Source: Rotaria sp. (Eukaryota). From it: 64,000 nt of DNA. This document shows, piece after piece, positions 61,519 to 64,000 of the stretch (positions are counted from its first letter, which is position 1; every line of letters starts with the position of its first letter). Under the pieces are notes generated by a model. It ran no database searches. It was not told where the DNA came from and was given only the letters and a program-made list of their open reading frames with translations. The translations under genes and the position numbers were made by a program. The stretch spans positions 839,250 through 903,249 of the forward strand of contig CAJNOF010000004.1 in the NCBI GenBank assembly GCA_905250055.1, given 5' to 3'.

Positions 61519-64000
61519 AGTTTTCGGCGATGAATATTAGAATAATGATGACAAAAATACAGATGATGATGATGATGACGACAATTGATTTGTAGGATCT
61601 GAAATAAAAATATAAAAGAAAATCTAAATCAAAATTTATTTGACAAAGCCACAATACTCAATCACTAATGTGTATGAAACAAAAAAAATGAGAAAAGACA
61701 TTAATATAGTAAGCGAATATGCACAAAGACTCCCTAGGGATAAGATAGAAATCGCACAGTAAGACACTCACTCTTTAGATTTTGAAATGTATATGTGTGA
61801 GCGATAATAGTGTATGAGTAGAGAGTGTTCGACACCAATTCTTCTTATAAAGGTTCTATATGTCGGTACCCGAAAAGATAAACAGCTTTACACGTTCTTT
61901 TTGTCTCTCTGTCTCTCTCTTTTACTTATTTATTCCTTTTTCTTCATTCTTACTGTAATGAAATGCAATAATAATAATAACAACTAAGGGGTATCCAATA
62001 AATTGAATATGAACGTCTCAATAAACGACATGAGTTTTGTTTTGTTTGCGCTCGTTCGTTCGTCTCCTTCAAGCTTTTCATGTTCGTTAGAATCATTATA
62101 AGACACATTCAGGCAAGTGTAAGCATCAGGAAAAAAAAATTCAAGGAAAGATGACATCTTAAAAAAAATATAAGAACTGATTATAAACGAGTGATTTACA
62201 TACATATCAAGAAAAATGGAAAATTGATGATGATTAATAGAAAAATAGTGAACGAAGTAGGTGATTGAATCAGTTGAATAGAATAAAAAAAATGTAGAAG
62301 TATCCTTTTATCCAAAGCTGGGAATATATAGAATGTATAATGAACTTCTTATGAAAGAGAAAGAACGACACCGAACATATTTTTTATTGTTCGTTCTTAG
62401 TTTAATTTGAGGAAGAATAATAAAAAAACCTAGAGTAAGGAAACAGAACACTTATTGTGTCATTTTTTTTGAAGTAGACGATGAAAATTGAATAGAAATT
62501 GATTGATTACGTTTAAAAATATGGTAAGAAAACAAATGTTATCATTTAATTTTGATATGAAAAAGTATTCTCATAAAACACAAGATTCGAAGCCAATATT
62601 TAATGAGATTTTGATATTGAAATTATTTTCTTTCTTCTAATTCGATATAACATTTGAGAATATAATTATTTATAGAAGAAAAAAATCGAACTTAAGGAAA
62701 AAGTTACTAGTCACCTTTGCTGTAAAAGTGTTTCACACATATACTGCTAAAAAAAGAACTTCCTCACGCATCCGAGTTATCGGAAAGAATCGAATTTGAT
62801 TGATCACTTTCTCTTCTTGGAGAAAGAAAGTAAAACAAGAAAAAAAAGACCTTAACCACACTTACATCTCTCATTTTTCGCTATACCTTAAATTGAATAT
62901 AACTATATATATATATAGTAGGACAACAATGAATAATTATCTAGAGCAGTGTTCATTGTTGATGTATATAAGAATATATGTAAAAACTACTATCATCTCT
63001 TTTTCGCCTCCGACAACACGACAATAGAATTGCAATGTGTAATGCACATGTCAAAGGACATCTACTCTTGCTTTGCTCGCCTGATCTGTTTCAGACAATA
63101 TCGATCATATAGATGCTTGCAGAAAAAGGAAATTAAAGAAAACAATTAGATTCTTCTTCTGCTTTTTCTCTCTAATCTTTCTTATTTTTTTTCATGAGCG
63201 ATGTTAGTCTTTTTATTACAGACATTATATTATATTTTCAGTAAATGTCAAATTTAATTATCTTAACAGTGTAAATACATATTAAATTGAATTTCGTTTA
63301 ATAAAATATGTTCATTGGATTTTACCATTAACGATAGAAATAATTGGTAAACTGATATGTAATCTAGTACAACTATTGTCAACTGAAGAGGAAAGTTAAT
63401 CCTTGCATGTTTCCTTGTTCTATCTTATTTGCTACAATCGTCTTTTTATATATTTTGCTATTCATAAAATAATAACAGCTGACAAACTGACTGTAATATT
63501 ATGTTTAATTTTATACAATAAACTCAATTTTCAATCAAGATCTTTAATGTACCTATGTCACAAAAGTAAACTTCTGTTAGAACAATGTCATATGCACTAG
63601 ATAGACATTTTGTCAACACCAGATACTAAACAAAATTTAATTATTTTGAACATAGACAACAATAACATGATACATCCGTTATTTTCTTATCTTACTGTTC
63701 ATTATACTTTTAATTCTGAACTTTCATCCGCATCATTGGATTTCAAAAATATATAAAGTAGTAATTATTAATTTTCATAGAAACTGATTTAGCAAATATT
63801 AGACAAGGAAACTCTCATTATGTCGTTAGTACACATAAGAGATCACAGAAATCTATTGTTTGCCAATTAAATCTTGAATGAAATTCATTTTTAAGTTACG
63901 ATTAGTGTTGTTTGAACGAAATATCGTAAGTACTAATTTAGACATTTTTATATTATCTTACTTCTAATTCTATTTAAACAGAAAACTCTTTTTCTGTTGC

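Noticed and set aside
1-64000. Prokaryotic-style features: operons, CRISPR arrays, rRNA genes, sigma-70 promoters, rho-independent terminators.
   Set aside because: Genes are interrupted by GT..AG introns, are separated by kilobases of AT-rich non-coding DNA and have animal homologues (14-3-3, PKA, LRRC51, UBE2). No direct-repeat and spacer arrays or rRNA-like conserved blocks were seen.

Overview
The window is an AT-rich, intron-containing animal genomic segment, not prokaryotic: there are no operon-style gene arrays, and multi-exon genes with GT..AG introns lie on both strands. Gene content and composition are compatible with a parasitic flatworm such as Schistosoma, but that is an inference; identity cannot be confirmed without a search.

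Genes supported by the sequence:
- SPTSSA-like small membrane protein (96-299, -).
- PKA-catalytic-like AGC kinase, 7 exons (3721-5092, -).
- Coiled-coil gene (9883-12040, -), with possible 5' exons to ~12628.
- Plus-strand trio: LRRC51-like LRR protein (13026-13876), intronless UBE2L3-like E2 starting 42 bp after its stop codon (13919-14374), and a 124-aa hypothetical protein (14817-15191). This is a candidate trans-spliced polycistron.
- Giant ~12.7 kb minus-strand gene (26052-38751) with a sacsin/NO VEIN-type HATPase motif (ELIQNADDN...GIGFKSVF) and a C-terminal DUF3883-like domain.
- LRR transmembrane receptor-like gene (42799-46492, -) with an internal LRRCT-LRRNT cysteine cluster and no recognisable TIR domain.
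- Complete 5-exon 14-3-3 gene (53234-54228, -).
- Q/P/M-rich protein with in-frame 27-bp and 15-bp coding tandem repeats (58888-60300, -).
- Most striking: a compact secreted-peptide precursor (61201-61518, -). It has a signal peptide and four KR-flanked copies of LASAKFASGLG, with synonymous codon divergence between copies. This is the classic architecture of an amidated neuropeptide precursor, predicted product LASAKFASGL-amide x4.

Mobile DNA and repeats:
- ~3.4 kb Mutator-like (MULE) DNA transposon (about 18500-21960) with ~100-bp terminal inverted repeats carrying CAATTCGTCGC subrepeats. It has an intron-interrupted FLYWCH plus MULE transposase ORF, internal 60-bp tandem repeats and unusual GC-rich GGCCTGGCC palindromic motif clusters.
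- Frameshifted ORF chain just downstream (22094-23660, -), possibly a second transposase remnant.
- ~1.1 kb foldback long inverted repeat (17040-18145).
- Two tandem copies of a ~300-bp SINE-like repeat (15240-15870).
- Perfect 22-bp stem hairpin (7873-7923).
- MITE-like inverted-repeat element inside an intron (35700-36340).
- Several microsatellites in a gene-poor 46.7-53.2 kb stretch.

The supplied ORF track uses non-ATG starts: TTG at 35554 and GTG at 37427 were checked. A leading M in that track is therefore not evidence of a start codon.
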